Origin: the human T2T-CHM13v2.0 reference genome, Homo sapiens
Direction: 5' to 3' (one strand)
DNA: 64,000 nt
Assembly: GCF_009914755.1 (NCBI RefSeq)
Contig: NC_060937.1
Of the stretch, positions 1 through 13,488 are shown piece after piece; the stretch's first letter is position 1, and each line of letters begins with the position of its first letter. Under the pieces are notes generated by a model that saw nothing but the letters and a program-made list of their open reading frames with translations, ran no database searches and was not told where the DNA came from. Made by a program: the position numbers and the translations under genes.

Positions 1-274
1 ATTATTCTTCAATACAGTTGTTTTTTAAAAAAAGATTTCAATTACTTTTATACACAATGGAAAACCACTTAAATTTGTAAATGAGAAAAACTGTTGAAAA
101 CAGTTTGCCATTAGTTATTAAGAATTATTCAAATAAAACATTTAAACTATATTTAAATAAATTCACATATCATTTTGAAGCTCTATAACTTATTTTTGAA
201 GTGTAATAGCAATGGTTACAATTTGGGTAATTTACTGTGTGCTGTGTGTAATTTGCACCAGCTATGTTAGCCCT

Positions 275-425
275 AAACATGCCAACAGTACAGTGAGGTA
301 GGTATCATTAGCACACTGTTGCAGGTGAGAAAAACAGAGCAAATAAATAAGTTGGACAAGGTCATAGATCTAGTAAGTATGTAAGCCTGGTCTTTCTGAT
401 TTTTAAAACTCACATTCTTTCCAAT
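275..425 (-). mobile_element. MIR SINE fragment
   Basis: gtgaggtaggtatcatta...caggtgagaaaaacagag...aaggtcatagatctagtaagt resembles the reverse-complemented MIR core. Confidence 0.6.
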
Positions 426-654
426 CCTATAAGCCACCTTGCAGTGTTACCTCATTTCCTCTCTGTCTCCTCCTGCCTCCTCAGTTTGCCTAACTCATTA
501 CCAGGCCTCAGCTTGGATCCCGCCCCAGACACATTGTAAATTGGATTAGAAGCTGGTCCCTTAGGCTCCTTACTATTTCTCTGCTTATCACAGAGTATTT
601 TATTTCTGTGCTTATTTGCCTTTGTCCTCCAGAGCTCAAAGGTCAGCCTTTTTG

Positions 655-745
655 CCACTGGAACTTAAGCACCTAACACTGTGTTCAGTGCATAGTAGGT
701 ACTTGGCAAATTTTTGTTAAATGAATTAGTAAATGAATGAATGAA
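655..745 (+). mobile_element. L2 3' end fragment
   Basis: gcacctaacactgtg...catagtaggtact...aatgaatgaatgaa is a typical L2 tail. Confidence 0.55.
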
Positions 746-1734
746 GAGACAAATGGTATTGATCAATTTATTATGGCAGGGAATAGAGGTGATCAGTGAC
801 TGTATAAGTCACTCTAGTTATAATCTACCAAATATATGTTATTTATTATGTCCGAATCTTTAGCCACATGCTAGGGCTACAAAGATGAATGTGACCTAGT
901 TTCTTTTCTTGAAACTCATAATATAGTCTTCTAAGACAGGCCTACATTTGAGTAACATAAAACAGTATTTTAAGTTCCATGTTATTCACATTAGCAATAA
1001 CAACTAGGTTCTGAGTGGCTGCAGTGAAGATAATGAATAATTATTTGTATATATTTATATTTGTATAAATATATAAAATTTTTATTTTTATGAAGAAAAT
1101 TCATGGAATATTTAATTTTGATATGTTCCTGGACTGTTTCACATGTTTTATTTTGGACCTTATCAAAAGTTTTTATATGCTTGGGGTTCTTACAAAGAAT
1201 CAAGGGCTTCCTTATGGCACCATTGTTGCTAAGGGTGCTACCAGAAACATCTCTACTCAAATTTAAACTATTTGAAGAAAAATATTTCCTTGTCTCTATA
1301 AATATTTGAAGTATCATCGAAATAACCTGAGGCAGACAAGCTTTAACACTCAAATATAATCTTCATTTCTTTCATGTCACTCTAATTTTCCTAGCTTGAG
1401 ATAAATGTGATCTGACATATTGATTATCCATTCTTGACCATGGGGGGACTTTTACTCACATATTGATCTAACTGTTTAGTTTAGGGGAGTTTGTTTACAC
1501 AGATGTCATATGAGGCTTCAGAAATGTTGTACTTCAAAAAGACACATGACGCCATTAAACTAAGCGCTACTGTACTGTGACAGCTGCATATTCACTGGGA
1601 ATAGGCCTGGTCCTCAGACTTTATCCTGGAAGGGTACCACCCTCCTGATCTGTCTGCTGTGGACATTAAGAAGTTGACAGCAACTACCACGTACCTCTGG
1701 TCGAAGTAGGTCTCCTCAGCAATACTTGTTGAAA

Positions 1735-3430
1735 TATTTAACTTTATGGAATTGTATAATTACATATTCTGAAATTCCCTTGTTTTAAGTTTACAATCTA
1801 ATGATTTTTAATAAATTTACTGAGTTATGTAACCATCACCATAATCCAGTTTGGGAACTTTTTATCCCCCCAATAGGATCCTCATTCTCATTTATGGTTA
1901 ATCCCCATTTCCGTCCCAAGCCCTGGGCCACCACTAATCTACTTCCTGTCTCTAGAGATTTGATTTTTGTGGATATTTTATATAAGTGGAAACATACAAT
2001 GGGTTTTTGTGTCTGACTTCTTTCAATGAACACAATGATTTTGCATCTTATCCATGTTATTCACATATCAGAAGTCCACTCCATTTTATTGTTGAATAAT
2101 CTTCATTGTATGAATGTACCATATTTTGTTTCTCTATTCACCATTTCATAGACATTCTGGTTGTTTGCACCTTTTGGCTATTATTAATAATGCTGTTATG
2201 AACATTGTGTACAAGGTTTTTTTTGTGGACACATATTTTTACTTCTGGGTGGATACCTAGGAATGAAATTGCTTGGTCATATGATAACACTAGGTTTAAC
2301 ATTTTAAGAAATGCCAAATGTTTTCAAAGTGGCTATACTATTTTATATTCACATCAGTAAAGTATGAGTGTCTCTTTTTTTACATCCTTATCAACATTTA
2401 CTATTGTCTTTCTTTTTTATTATAGCCTTTCTAATGCATGTAAGATGATATATCATTGTGGTTATGGTTTGCATTTCCCTAATGATGTTGAGCATCCTTT
2501 TTTTTTTTTTTTTTTTTGGCAGAGTCTCGCTCTGTTGCCAGGCTGGAGTGCAGTGACACGATCTTGGCTCATTGCATCCTCCGCCTCCTGGGTTCCAGCA
2601 ATTCTTCTGCCTCAGCCTCCCAGGTAGCTGAGACTATAGGCACGTGCCACCATGCCCAGCTAATTTTTGTATTTTTAGTAGAGATGGGGTTTCACCATGT
2701 TGGCCAGGATGGTCTCAACCTCTTGACCTTGTTATCTGCCTGCCTTGGCCTCCTAAAGTGCTGGGATTACGGGCGTGAGCCACTGTGCCCAGCTGATGTT
2801 GAGCATCTTTTTATGTACTCGTTAGCCATTTGTGTATCTTCTTTGGTGAGCTGTCTACTCAAATCATTTGTTCATTTTAAAATGGGGTTGTTTTCTTATT
2901 ATTGGATTGTAAAGTTCTTTCTATGGTCTTTTTACAAGTCCCTTATCATATAAATGACTTGCAATTATTTTATCCCATTCTTTTTAGCTTTTCAAATAGT
3001 GTCTTTTGAAGAGTGTACGTTTTTAAGTTTTATGAAGTCTAATTTTTCTATTATGGTATTATATCATGCTTTTGGTATCATATCCAAGAAATCTTTGCCT
3101 GATCCAAGGTCTCAAATTTTTTATATGTTTTATTCTAAAATCTGTATAATTTTAACTCTTACATTTATGTCTGTCATCCACTTTGAGTTAATTTTTCCAT
3201 ATGGTGTGGGATGGGTGTAAGTTCATCTTTTTACTTTGGATATTCAATTATCTCAATGCCATTTGTTGCAAAGATTATCATTTCCCCCATTGAATTGCCT
3301 TGGCACCTCCGTCAATATCAATTGACTATAAATAAGAGTTTATTTTTGGACTCTCAATTCTGTTCCATTGATTTGTACGTCTATCTTTATGCCAGTAATA
3401 CGCTGCTTTAATACATAAGTTTTGAAAGGT
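1735..3430 (-). mobile_element. Old L1 (L1MB/L1ME-type) 3' portion, split by an Alu
   Basis: L1M 3'UTR and ORF2-end motifs on the minus strand (gtaaccatcaccataatccag, tgtggacacatatt, ggatacctaggaatgaaattgc, tttgcatttccctaatgatgttgagcatc). Confidence 0.8.
2497..2793 (-). mobile_element. AluS element
   Basis: Poly-T followed by the Alu dimer; TSD tgatgttgagcatc at 2483-2496 and 2794-2807. Confidence 0.95.
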
Positions 3431-3584
3431 GATGGAAACTGTTAAACTAAGAGATTGCTTGGGAATGACAGAATCTACCCCACATTTTAAAAAGTCATCC
3501 CATCAATATCTATTGCAAAGTACAATATAAGTGGATGATAAAAATATAAGAAAAATGAAAGTAGAAAAAATAAAGCAAGCCAGA

Positions 3585-4297
3585 TGATATGGTTTGGCTC
3601 TGTGTCCCCACCCAAATCTCATCTCAAATTGTAATCTCTATGTGTTGAGGGAGGGAGATGATTGGGTGCAGGGAGTGGTTTTCTCCATGCTGTTTTCATG
3701 ATAGCAAGAGAGTTCTTATGCAATCTGTTGTTTTTATAAGGGTTCTTCCTCCTCCGTTCATCTGTCTCTCTCCTGCTGCCCTGTAAAGAAGGTGCCCTTC
3801 TACTATGACTGTAAGTTTCCTGAGGCCTCCCTGGCCATTTGGAACTGTGAGTCAATTAAACCTCTGTATTGGTCTGTTCTCATGCTGCTAATAAGAACAT
3901 ACTCAAGGCTGGGTAATTTATAATGGAAAGAGGCTTAATGGCCTCACAGTTCCACATGGCTGGGGAGGGCTCACAATCATGGTGAAAGGTGAAGGAAGAG
4001 CAACAGCATGCCTTACATAGAGGCAGGCAAGAGAGTGTGTGCAGGGGAAGTCCCCTTTATAAAACCATCAGATCTCATGAAACTTATACACTATCACAAG
4101 AACAGCATGGGAAAGACCCATCCCCATGATTCAGTTACCTCCCAACAGGTCCCTCCCATGACACGTGGGAATTCTGGGAGCTACAAATCAAGATGAGATT
4201 TGGGTGGGGACACAGTCAAACCCTATCAACCCCTATCCTTTATAAATTACCTAGTCTCAGATATTTCTTTATAGGAGTGTGAAAATGGACTAATACA
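3585..4297 (+). mobile_element. THE1D/MSTA-type MaLR solo LTR (outer element, interrupted)
   Basis: Starts tgatatggtttggctctgtgtcccc and ends ggactaataca; 5-bp TSD ccaga/tcaga. Confidence 0.85.
3865..4228 (-). mobile_element. THE1B/C-type solo LTR nested in opposite orientation
   Basis: tgtattggtc...cacagtcaaaccctatca is a reverse-complemented THE1 LTR; TSD acctc/acccc. Confidence 0.85.
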
Positions 4298-6174
4298 TCA
4301 GATTGTTACACAAAATCTATATCACATGTCTTCAACATTGCTAGTTGTGATTACTATTGTGACTCTAAGCTTGCCAACAATCAGGAAGGAAATGAGAACA
4401 AATGCATAAAAATGTTTAGTAAAATTATACAATTCAACTTTTTAGTAAAAGCATAATTATTCTTGGTTTTTGGACTAGAGGGGATTTTACCCTTTGTGTG
4501 TTCATAAAAAGGAAATTGTATAATGTAATAAACAGCATCCTCACCAGAATCCTTGCTTTGAGTAAAACCAGACATTTCTGATTTTTTCTTACCGTGTTGT
4601 GCAAAGTAAATCAACTGCAATTAGTAAATTCAGGTCTTTGTAGAGGTCAAAAGGATTTGCTCCTGATTTGGTTAATCCTGGGACAGATATTTTATTATTT
4701 AAATTATTCCTCCACAAATATTGTTTTTTTCAACCAAACCTTTTGATGTATAAGGTAGCAAAGAATTCAGGTATTTACTTCTGGGAAGAATTGAAAATGC
4801 AGTGACAGTGTGTTGTACCTTAAGATCAAACCTTCATATTTTAATAATAAACTTGAACAAGGAATTGGATTGACATATTTTTATGAAAGGGGGGAAACTT
4901 ATGAGGATGTTTAACTCATTGAGATAGTTAACTATCCCTTCCCCTGCAGAATGGGGTGAGACAAAACCTGTTCTTCAAGGCAGGACCAAATTAGCCTGAA
5001 GAATAAATTTCCTGGACTTTGCACATATAAAGGTTGCAGACCTAGCCATACCGCTCTCTTTCCCCCTAAAATAAAGAGGGATAATATGGGTAATTATTAT
5101 TAATATTTATCCATATTGTTTAGATATAGATTATGAGATAATATTTAGGTAAATATCCTAAAATCTAGGTCTCTTTTGGTTAACTAATAGTAGAATTCTA
5201 TCAGAAAACACAAACATATCAGGGATCTTAACTATACAGCATCATTTTGCAACATTCTCAAAGAGGACGATTAGTTGCTGAGAGGTATAAATCTCCCAGG
5301 TATAAAGAAGGTATAACCTTATTGTGCTTAACAGCAGATGAAGTCACTATTCCTACTGATGCTGCTTACTTTGTGTCTGGAAAACCAAAGTCAGTAGGAG
5401 AAAAATAGTTCTAGAATTGGGAAGACTTTTTCTTGATTGACTGTTGAGTGGGCAAATGTGGAGTATCATCAAGCACTGTGTCTAGGGAGGGTGTTGTCAA
5501 ACCATGGATTAGGTTAGCTCAAGAGCCACTCCACTTGTCAAGAAAAAGCTAGGAAAGCAATCTTTCTTGAATGTGTGTAGAACTTACTATCCCCATGTTG
5601 TGTAAAACTGAACCTTGATCAGGTTATGCAAGAGAACCTGAGAAAAGTGCACAAAAACATAGTTATAATTATGGCCTAGGCTTTGATGATTAATTAAATC
5701 ACTCTTGTGAAATAATTATCTTCCAACATTTGAGAAGCTGTGTTCAGTCACTTCAAAGTGTATTAAGAACTGTCCTGGGGCACTTAAGCCGAAAGTTACC
5801 TTGCTGTGTCTCCTCTTCACTTTTGTTTCCAATCTACTGGACAGGATTAGGTTGTCTAATTTGAATTTTGTCAAAATAGGAGAAACTTTCTGCTGAGAAG
5901 CAATGAGAAGGAACAATCTACAGTTGATGTAGGCTGATGGCCAACATCACAAAAGCATGACTCCCAACTGTGTCTCCTCTAATGAGCAGCTATCAGCAGC
6001 TTCACAATCACCCATTTCTTCACTAAGAATAGTCCAAGGCATAGAAAACCTTCATCAAGAGTCATCTTTTCTTTGCTATTCCATTCTGACACGGTGTGCA
6101 CAATTTCCCCATATCCTTGGCTTCTATGTGTTGGAGGTTACACATTTTTAAATGTCCCCCTGGATGGTGTAAGG

Positions 6175-6363
6175 CAGTGGTTATCAAAGTGTTGTCTCTG
6201 GACAAGCAACATCAACTTTGCCTATGAAAATTTACAGAAATGCGGAGTCTCAGAATCTACCCAAGATGTAATAAATCTGGAGCTTTGAGAGTGACTATGC
6301 TGCATTTTGCATCTTTACAAGCCTTTCAGATGTTTCAGAGGCACTAATATTGGAGAAAGACTT
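6175..6363. mobile_element. MER5-type hAT-Charlie MITE
   Basis: cagtggttatcaaagtg...gcaacatc...agaaatgc...tttacaagcc...ttggagaaagact resembles MER5A/B. Confidence 0.55.
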
Positions 6364-6499
6364 TTGTAATGTATCAGGAGCATCTCTGCTTCAGTAAACA
6401 AAATGATCTTTGTGTACCGAAAGTCTTAAAGTCCTGTAACAGGATTATGCTGTGGATTTATGATGAATAACAGGTTTAGATTTTGTATCATTGCAAAGT

Positions 6500-7638
6500 C
6501 TGGGGCAGAAAATCAGTAATAATATAGTTGAACTGAAAAGCACCATCAATCAACTGTATCTAATTGATATTTATAGAAAAATTCATCCAACAACATCATA
6601 ATACACATTCTTTTCAAACACACATAAAACATTCAGCAAGATAGGCCACACTTGGGGCTATAAAAGTGCTTTAATAAATTTAAAAGAATAAATGTCATAC
6701 AAAGTATTATTTCTTACCACAATAAAATGATACTATAAATCAATAACAGAAAGGTATCTGAATAATTCTAAATTATTTAGTGATTAAACAACATGCTTCT
6801 AAATAAAACATGAGTCAAAGAATAAATCTCAAAAAATTAAAAAAAATTCAAACTACATGAAAATTAAAAAATACAACTTATTAGAATTTGTAGGATGCAG
6901 CAAAAGCAGAGCTTACAGGGAAATTGATAGTATAGAATGCATATATTAGAAATAATACAGATCTAAAATTAATTACCTGAGCTTCTACCTTAGGAAACTA
7001 GAAAAATAAGAGAGAATTAAATCCAAATTAAGCAAAAGTAAAGAAATGATAAAATCAGAGCAGAAATCAATAAAGTTTTAAACGGGAAAACTATAGAGAA
7101 ATCCAGTGAAACCAAAAGTTCATTCTTTAAAAAGATGAACAAAACACGTAATCCTCTAATCAGACTAACCAAGAAAAGAGAAAGACACAAATTACTAATA
7201 TCAGAGAAGACAAACCATTACTACTGATCCCATGGACATAAACAATGAATATTGTGAACAATTCTATACCCATAAATTTGATAATTTAGATAAAATGGAC
7301 CAATTCCTCTAAAAATACAATTGACCAAAACTCACACAAGGATAAATAGATAATCTAAATAGACCTATATCTATTAAAGAAATTGAACTAATAATAATAA
7401 CCTTCTAGAACAAAAAGCACCAAGATTAGATGGTTTCCCTAGGGAATTCCACCAGGCACTTAAGGAACAAATGATATCAGTTCTCTACAATTTTGTCCAG
7501 AAAACAGGTAGAGTGAGCACTTCCTAATTCATTCTATAAGCCCAAACTTTAATACCAAAACCAAACAGAAAACATTACAAGAAAGAAAATTTCAGACCAT
7601 TATCTCTTATGAACAGAGATGCAAAAATCCTGAACAAT
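6500..7638 (+). mobile_element. Old L1M ORF2 fragment (endonuclease to pre-RT), degenerate
   Basis: Decayed ORF2 motifs (aatacacattcttttc, ataggccacac, gataatttagataaaatggaccaattcct, atgaacagagatgcaaaaatcctgaacaa). Confidence 0.8.
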
Positions 7639-7639
7639 T

Positions 7640-8790
7640 CAACAACAAAAACGAAATAGTGGGCTGTGGGACAATTTTAAAGCAGTTTATTATATACACA
7701 ATTGGAATTTCTGAAGCAGTAGACAGAAAAAAAACTGATAAAATAATGACCAAAAATATTCAAATTTGAAGAAAACCATAAACTTACATATCCAAGAAGC
7801 TCAATAAACCTGAATCATTAAAAACATAAAATAACATTGCAGCAAAGAATTAAATTGTTCACCATAGGTGATAAAGAGAAGATATTTTAAACAGCTAGTG
7901 TAAATATAAACATTAAAAACAGTGAAAAATATTAAGATAATTGTATATTTCTTATTGGAAACAAGATAAGTGAAAAGACATTGAAGCAACATCTTAAATG
8001 TACCAATAGAATCGTCAGCCTAGAATTCTATGCCTAGCAAAAATATCCTTCAAAAACAAAGATGAAATAGAGATTTGATTGTCATAAAAATGTTGACAGA
8101 CTTAATTGCCAAAAACCCTCACTGTAAAAAGTATTAATTTCTTCAGGTAGAAGAAAAATGATACCAGGTGGAAATAGGAATCTATACAATGCATGATGAA
8201 CACTGAAAATGATAACTACAGGAATAAATAGTACCAGTTTTTCCTGTTATTTAAATCAATTTAAAAGGTAATTGACTATTTAAATACAAATAATAACAAC
8301 ATAGTATGGAGTTTATAACATACGTAGAGGTAAAATGTATGACAATAATACTAAGATTGGGAGAGGAGAAATGGAAGTACACTATCCTAAAGTACTTGTA
8401 GCATAAAGTAAAGTGTTATAATACCATCTGAAGGTAGACTGTGATAAACTACAGACGTAAACTTTAAACCATAATGTAACCACTAAAATTATAAAATCAT
8501 CATAGCTAGTAAGCCAACAAAGTAGATAAAACTGAATCATAAAAGCTAACTCATTTCATTCAAAAGGGACTGAAAAAGAGAAAACAACAGGTGAGATAAA
8601 TAGAAAACAATAGCAAGATGATCATTTTAAACATAACCATAGTGATAATTACATTAAATATTAAAAGTTTAAATAATTAAGCCAACTGTCAGATTGAATA
8701 AAAAATCAGAAACAAATATATGCTGTCTACCAGGAATATGTTTTTAAAATAGACACAAGTAGGTAAAAAGGAATGTATTAATGGTTCTAG
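7640..8790 (+). mobile_element. Old L1M ORF1 / inter-ORF / ORF2-start fragment
   Basis: catatccaagaagctcaataaacc, cagcctagaattctatgcctagcaaaaatatccttc (ORF1 C-terminus), then ataattacattaaat...tatatgctgtctaccagga (ORF2 start). Confidence 0.7.
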
Positions 8791-9195
8791 AGAGGTTTAG
8801 AATTAATCAATTAAAATTAGCACTTAATAGTGTGTTCAATATCCAGTGGATTCTTCTAAGAAATAGTTCTTAATAGGTTTTCTGCTGTTTAGTTAGGCAA
8901 GCTTCATATGGTTTATAAAATAGTTGAGTGTCTTTTTCTTATGATTTCAACATCTTCACTATGTTTGGCTTACTTAAGGGCATCAGTTCTTTTTTTGTAA
9001 TGATTAGAGAGTTTTGGTTTATCCCCTACAAGGTGGGTTATTTGGATATGAGCTCATGCAACACTACAGGTAGCTTAAAGGTGTTGATGGGAATACTTTT
9101 CTCTAACATACTAACAGGTCTATGTGAAGATTGATCTTAAGGAGGTGAGAAGGTAAGCAGAACAGCTGACTGCAATTTGGTTTAAAAGCTGATGT

Positions 9196-10781
9196 GTATA
9201 TTGTTAAAACGGCCATAATGCTCAAAGCAATTTATACATTAAATGCCATTCTTATCAAACTACCAATGGCATTCTTCATAGAATTAGGGAAAAAAACTTA
9301 AAATTCATATGGAAAACTAAAAAGCCCAAATAGCCAAGGCAATTATAAGCAAAAAGAAGAAAGCTGGAGGCATCTCATTACCCAGCTTCAAACTATTCTA
9401 CAAGGCTATAGTAACCAAAGCAGCATGGTACTGGTACAACAACAGACATATAGACCAAGGGGACAGAAGAGAGAGCCCAAAATAATACTGCACACCTACA
9501 ACCATCTGATTTTTGACAAAGTTGACAAAAACAAGCAATAGGGAAAAAATTCCCTGTTCAATAAATGGTTAGCCATATGCAGAAGATCCAAACTGGACCC
9601 CCTTCCTTACACATACACAAAAAATCAACTCAAGATAGATCAAAGACTTAACTATAAGAACATAAAACTATAAAACCCTGGAAAGTAACACAGGAAATGC
9701 CATTATGGACATAGTCTCTGTCAAAGATTTCATGATGAATACGTCAAAAGCAATCGCAACAAAAACAAAAATTAACAAATGGGATCTAACTAAACTAAAG
9801 AGCTTCTGCACAGCAAAAGAAACTATCAACAGTGTAAACAACCTAAAGAATGAGAGAAAATTTGTGCAAACCATGCATCTGACAAAAGTCTAATATCCAG
9901 AATCTATAAGAAACTTAAATTAACAAGCAAAAAACACAAACCCCAGAAAAAAAGTCAGCAAAGAGACATAAACAGACGAAGACATACACCAGACCAACAA
10001 GCATATGAAAAAATGCAATATCACTAATCATTAGAGAAATGCAAATCAAAACCACAATGAGATACCATCTCACAACAGTCCATTTTGTCTTATTAAAAAG
10101 ACAAAAAATAACAGATGCTGGTGAGGTTGCAGAGAAAAGAGAATGCTTATATACTGCTGATGGGAATGTAAATTAGTTCAGCCATCATGTTAAGCAGTTT
10201 GGCAATTTCTCAAAGAACTTAAAACAGAATTACCATTCAACCCAGCCACGCCATTATTGGGTATATACCCAAAGGAATATAAGTTATTCTCCTACAAAGA
10301 CACATGTACATGTATGTTCATTGCAGCAGTATTCACAATAGCAAAGACATGGAATCAATCTAAATGCTCATCAGTGATAGACTGGATAAAAAAAATATGG
10401 TACATATATACCATGGAGTACTACACAGCCATAAAAGTGAATGGGATTATGTCCTTCATAGCAACATGAATGGAGCTGGAGGACATTATCTTTAGCAAAC
10501 TAATGTGGAAACAGAAAACCAAATAACGCATGTTCTCACTTATAAATGGGAGCTAAATATTGAGTACATATGGACACAAAGAAGGGAATAACATACACCA
10601 GAGCCTACCTGAGGGTTGAGGGTGGGAGGAGGGTGAAGATCGAAAGACTACCTGTAAAGTACTATGCTTACTACCTGGATGATGAAATAATCTGTATACC
10701 AAATCCCCTTGACACACAATGTACCTACATAGCAAACCTGCACGTGTATCTCTGAACCAAAAATAAGAATAAAAAGCAAAG
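9196..10781 (+). mobile_element. 5'-truncated L1PA15/16-type LINE-1
   Basis: ORF2 C-terminal peptides ([24 protein letters not shown]) and an L1PA16-like 3'UTR; TSD taaaagctgatgt at 9183-9195 and 10782-10794. Confidence 0.9.
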
Positions 10782-13010
10782 TAAAAGCTGATGTATTAGC
10801 CCAGAATGTTTAGGATGATTCTTCAGCATTTATCAGTCAGGAATTTCTTAGACACTCCCTCAACCCTATTAAAACTCTGCAATCCCATCAGCCTCAGTTC
10901 TCACAGGAGTAGGAAAAATGTCGGAAGAAGAAGATTCAAAATGTATTCTCAGGGTCATACTGAGATATTTGGCTTTTAAAAAGTGATTATAAAGTAATGA
11001 ATGGTGAGTGAGTTTTCGAAGAGACTTGAACAATATTATGAACTCTAAAAATTTTGACATTTCCAATATGTGTCTAGAAATTAATACAGGATTTTAGATA
11101 GTAATTCTTATATTTTCTCTCCTAGACTCTAGAATTGGTATACATTTAATGGTGAGCTGCTTTTGCATTTCCAAGTTTTCAATATTTCCATCTATCACAA
11201 AAGATGCAAAAGAGAAAATAACCACAACAAATCTATGCTCAAATCTATATTTAATGTCAGCGAGCTCTCTCTTTGCTGTATTTTATTGGACATCTGAGAG
11301 GGGTCTTGAGAGAAAGTCCAATTGTTTCTTTATAGTTTATTTTCTGTGTCTCTCTCTATGTATGCTTATTGACTAATGTATCATCACACTTTATTTTATT
11401 CTAGCTTCCCTCTTATGTGAGTCTCCCTTTGTTTTTTCTCAGATTTTGGTGGGATTTCTTTTTATCTTGTAAACAGATATGTTATTAAACCAAGATACAA
11501 GTAGTGTGCAATCCTTTGTATGTATTTCTCAAAAAGGAAAATGCTTTTAGTTTGCTCTTTTAATCATTCAGACTACACTGATTCATTTACTCATTTTCTT
11601 TCCTAGGCCTGACTGGGGTGGTTGAATGAACTAAGAGCTCAGATGATGACTGTTGTATAGAACAAGCTGTTTATGATGATTACACATGTAACCTTCATAT
11701 TACTGATCCCTGTGTCTACAGTAATTACTGTCATCAAATTTAGAGTTAGACATTGAGTTGTCATTGTTATTACTGTTGCTTAGGCATGAAGAGGTGAAAG
11801 GTTCATAGTATAGAAAGCTTCAAACCAGAATTTGCAGGCTCAGATCTTAGTGTTTGCCTTAACGTGGTCTCTGCTTTCTTACCATATTCCAAACGTTTTC
11901 TTCACACCTGTCTAATCACTGTTATAACTGGTAATTTCAAACAAACTCAAAATATACCTACAGTTACTGTTAAGGAGGAGACTAACAGATGTTAAAACAG
12001 ACAGCCATCTAATTGACAATTGCTTTCTAATCAAAGTATTTTGAAAATGATTCTTCATGGAGAAAAAAATGGGCAAATATTTTTTAAAAGTATATACTTG
12101 TCTTGCAGAAACCTACATAGTTTCTTACATGAATGCCATATTGTCAAAATCTTTTCTTTATAATTAGCCCCTGAAACAGAGGTCCCCCTTCTTGGGTACA
12201 TGGATGGGCTTCAAGGGTAAAAGTACCTGAGCTATGTACAGTTTGTGTGTGAGTGTATGTGTCTGTTCGTGTGTGTATAAGTGTGCATGTTTTCATTATT
12301 CTGGAGAATGGCTCTATAGTTCCCATCATATTTTTCAAACATCAACATAGCAAATGCCCCTCGTGTGCTCTTCCAAACCCCCTGAGCCCCACCTTGTACC
12401 TTGTCACTGCTCTGCACTGGTTTTCACCAGCTTTTTGCTTGTGCAACCTAAAAACATTTCATCTTAGGTCACACCTCTATGTCTTTCATTTTTCCCTGCC
12501 ACCATCAGTACCCCTCTGGCATTCAGATCCATGGGCCACTGCTGACCAATAGGTATCAGGAGCGAACAGAACAATGATTCCCTGTTTTATCTCCAAAGGA
12601 AAAGTTCTGATTTCCATGTCCTGACATTTCTAAGAAGACCTTTTTAGGCTTCATGCATGACCAACTCAAAATACATTTTTGTGTCAGGCTTCTCTTTTTC
12701 CCTGCTTCACGCTCTCATCCCACTCTTGCTTCCAGCAAACACATTCTCAAATAAGTGATTGCCACACAAGCCTCTGTCACAAGCTAAGACACCTAATGTC
12801 TTGGAAAGTCCTAAGGTCCACTATCCAAGGACCTACACAATTTCCCACTTGGGTACCATATAGTCCAAATGTTTTGTTTAACAGGACCCAATAACTGTGG
12901 CATCTGAATTTACCTATAATGTATCCTTAGTGTGACCTAGTAAAATCTCCTCTCTAATTTAACTTTGAGGCTGTTTGTTTATAAAAAGTCTGAAGTAAAT
13001 TTTCTCTCTG

Positions 13011-13328
13011 GGCTGGGCGCAGTGGCTCACGCCTGTAATCCCAACACTTTGGCAAGCCAAGGCAGGTGGATCACTTGAGTTCAGGAGTTTGAGACAAGCC
13101 TGGGCAACATGGTGAAGCCCCATCTCTACTAAAAATACAAACATTAGCTGGGCGTGGTGGTGGGCGCCTGTAGTCCCAGCTACTTGGGAGGCTGAGGCAG
13201 AAGAATCATTTGAACCCTGGAGGCAGAGGTTTCAGTGAGCTGAGATTGTGCCACTGCACTCTAGCCTGGGTGACAGAGTGAGACTCCGTGTCAAAAAAAA
13301 AAAAAAAAAAAAAAGAAAAAGAAAAAAG
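13011..13328 (+). mobile_element. AluSx/Sz element
   Basis: Full dimer with A tail; TSD aaa(t/a)tttctctctg at 12997-13010 and 13329-13342. Confidence 0.95.
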
Positions 13329-13488
13329 AAAATTTCTCTCTGAGTGACACAGAAATACTCTAATTATCATGACATTGAGGAACCTAGTTTGTCTACAGTT
13401 CACCATTGCCCATGGCTTTTGCCTTATTTCTCCATAACCAGACTATATTCATTCACTACTGCTTTATTTAAATATGTCTCTTTAGGAA

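Noticed and set aside
2516-2953. 145-aa ORF and similar Alu-spanning ORFs (16301-16733, 21274-21570, 36444-36720)
   Set aside because: Antisense Alu translations (e.g. [12 protein letters not shown]), a well-known artefact
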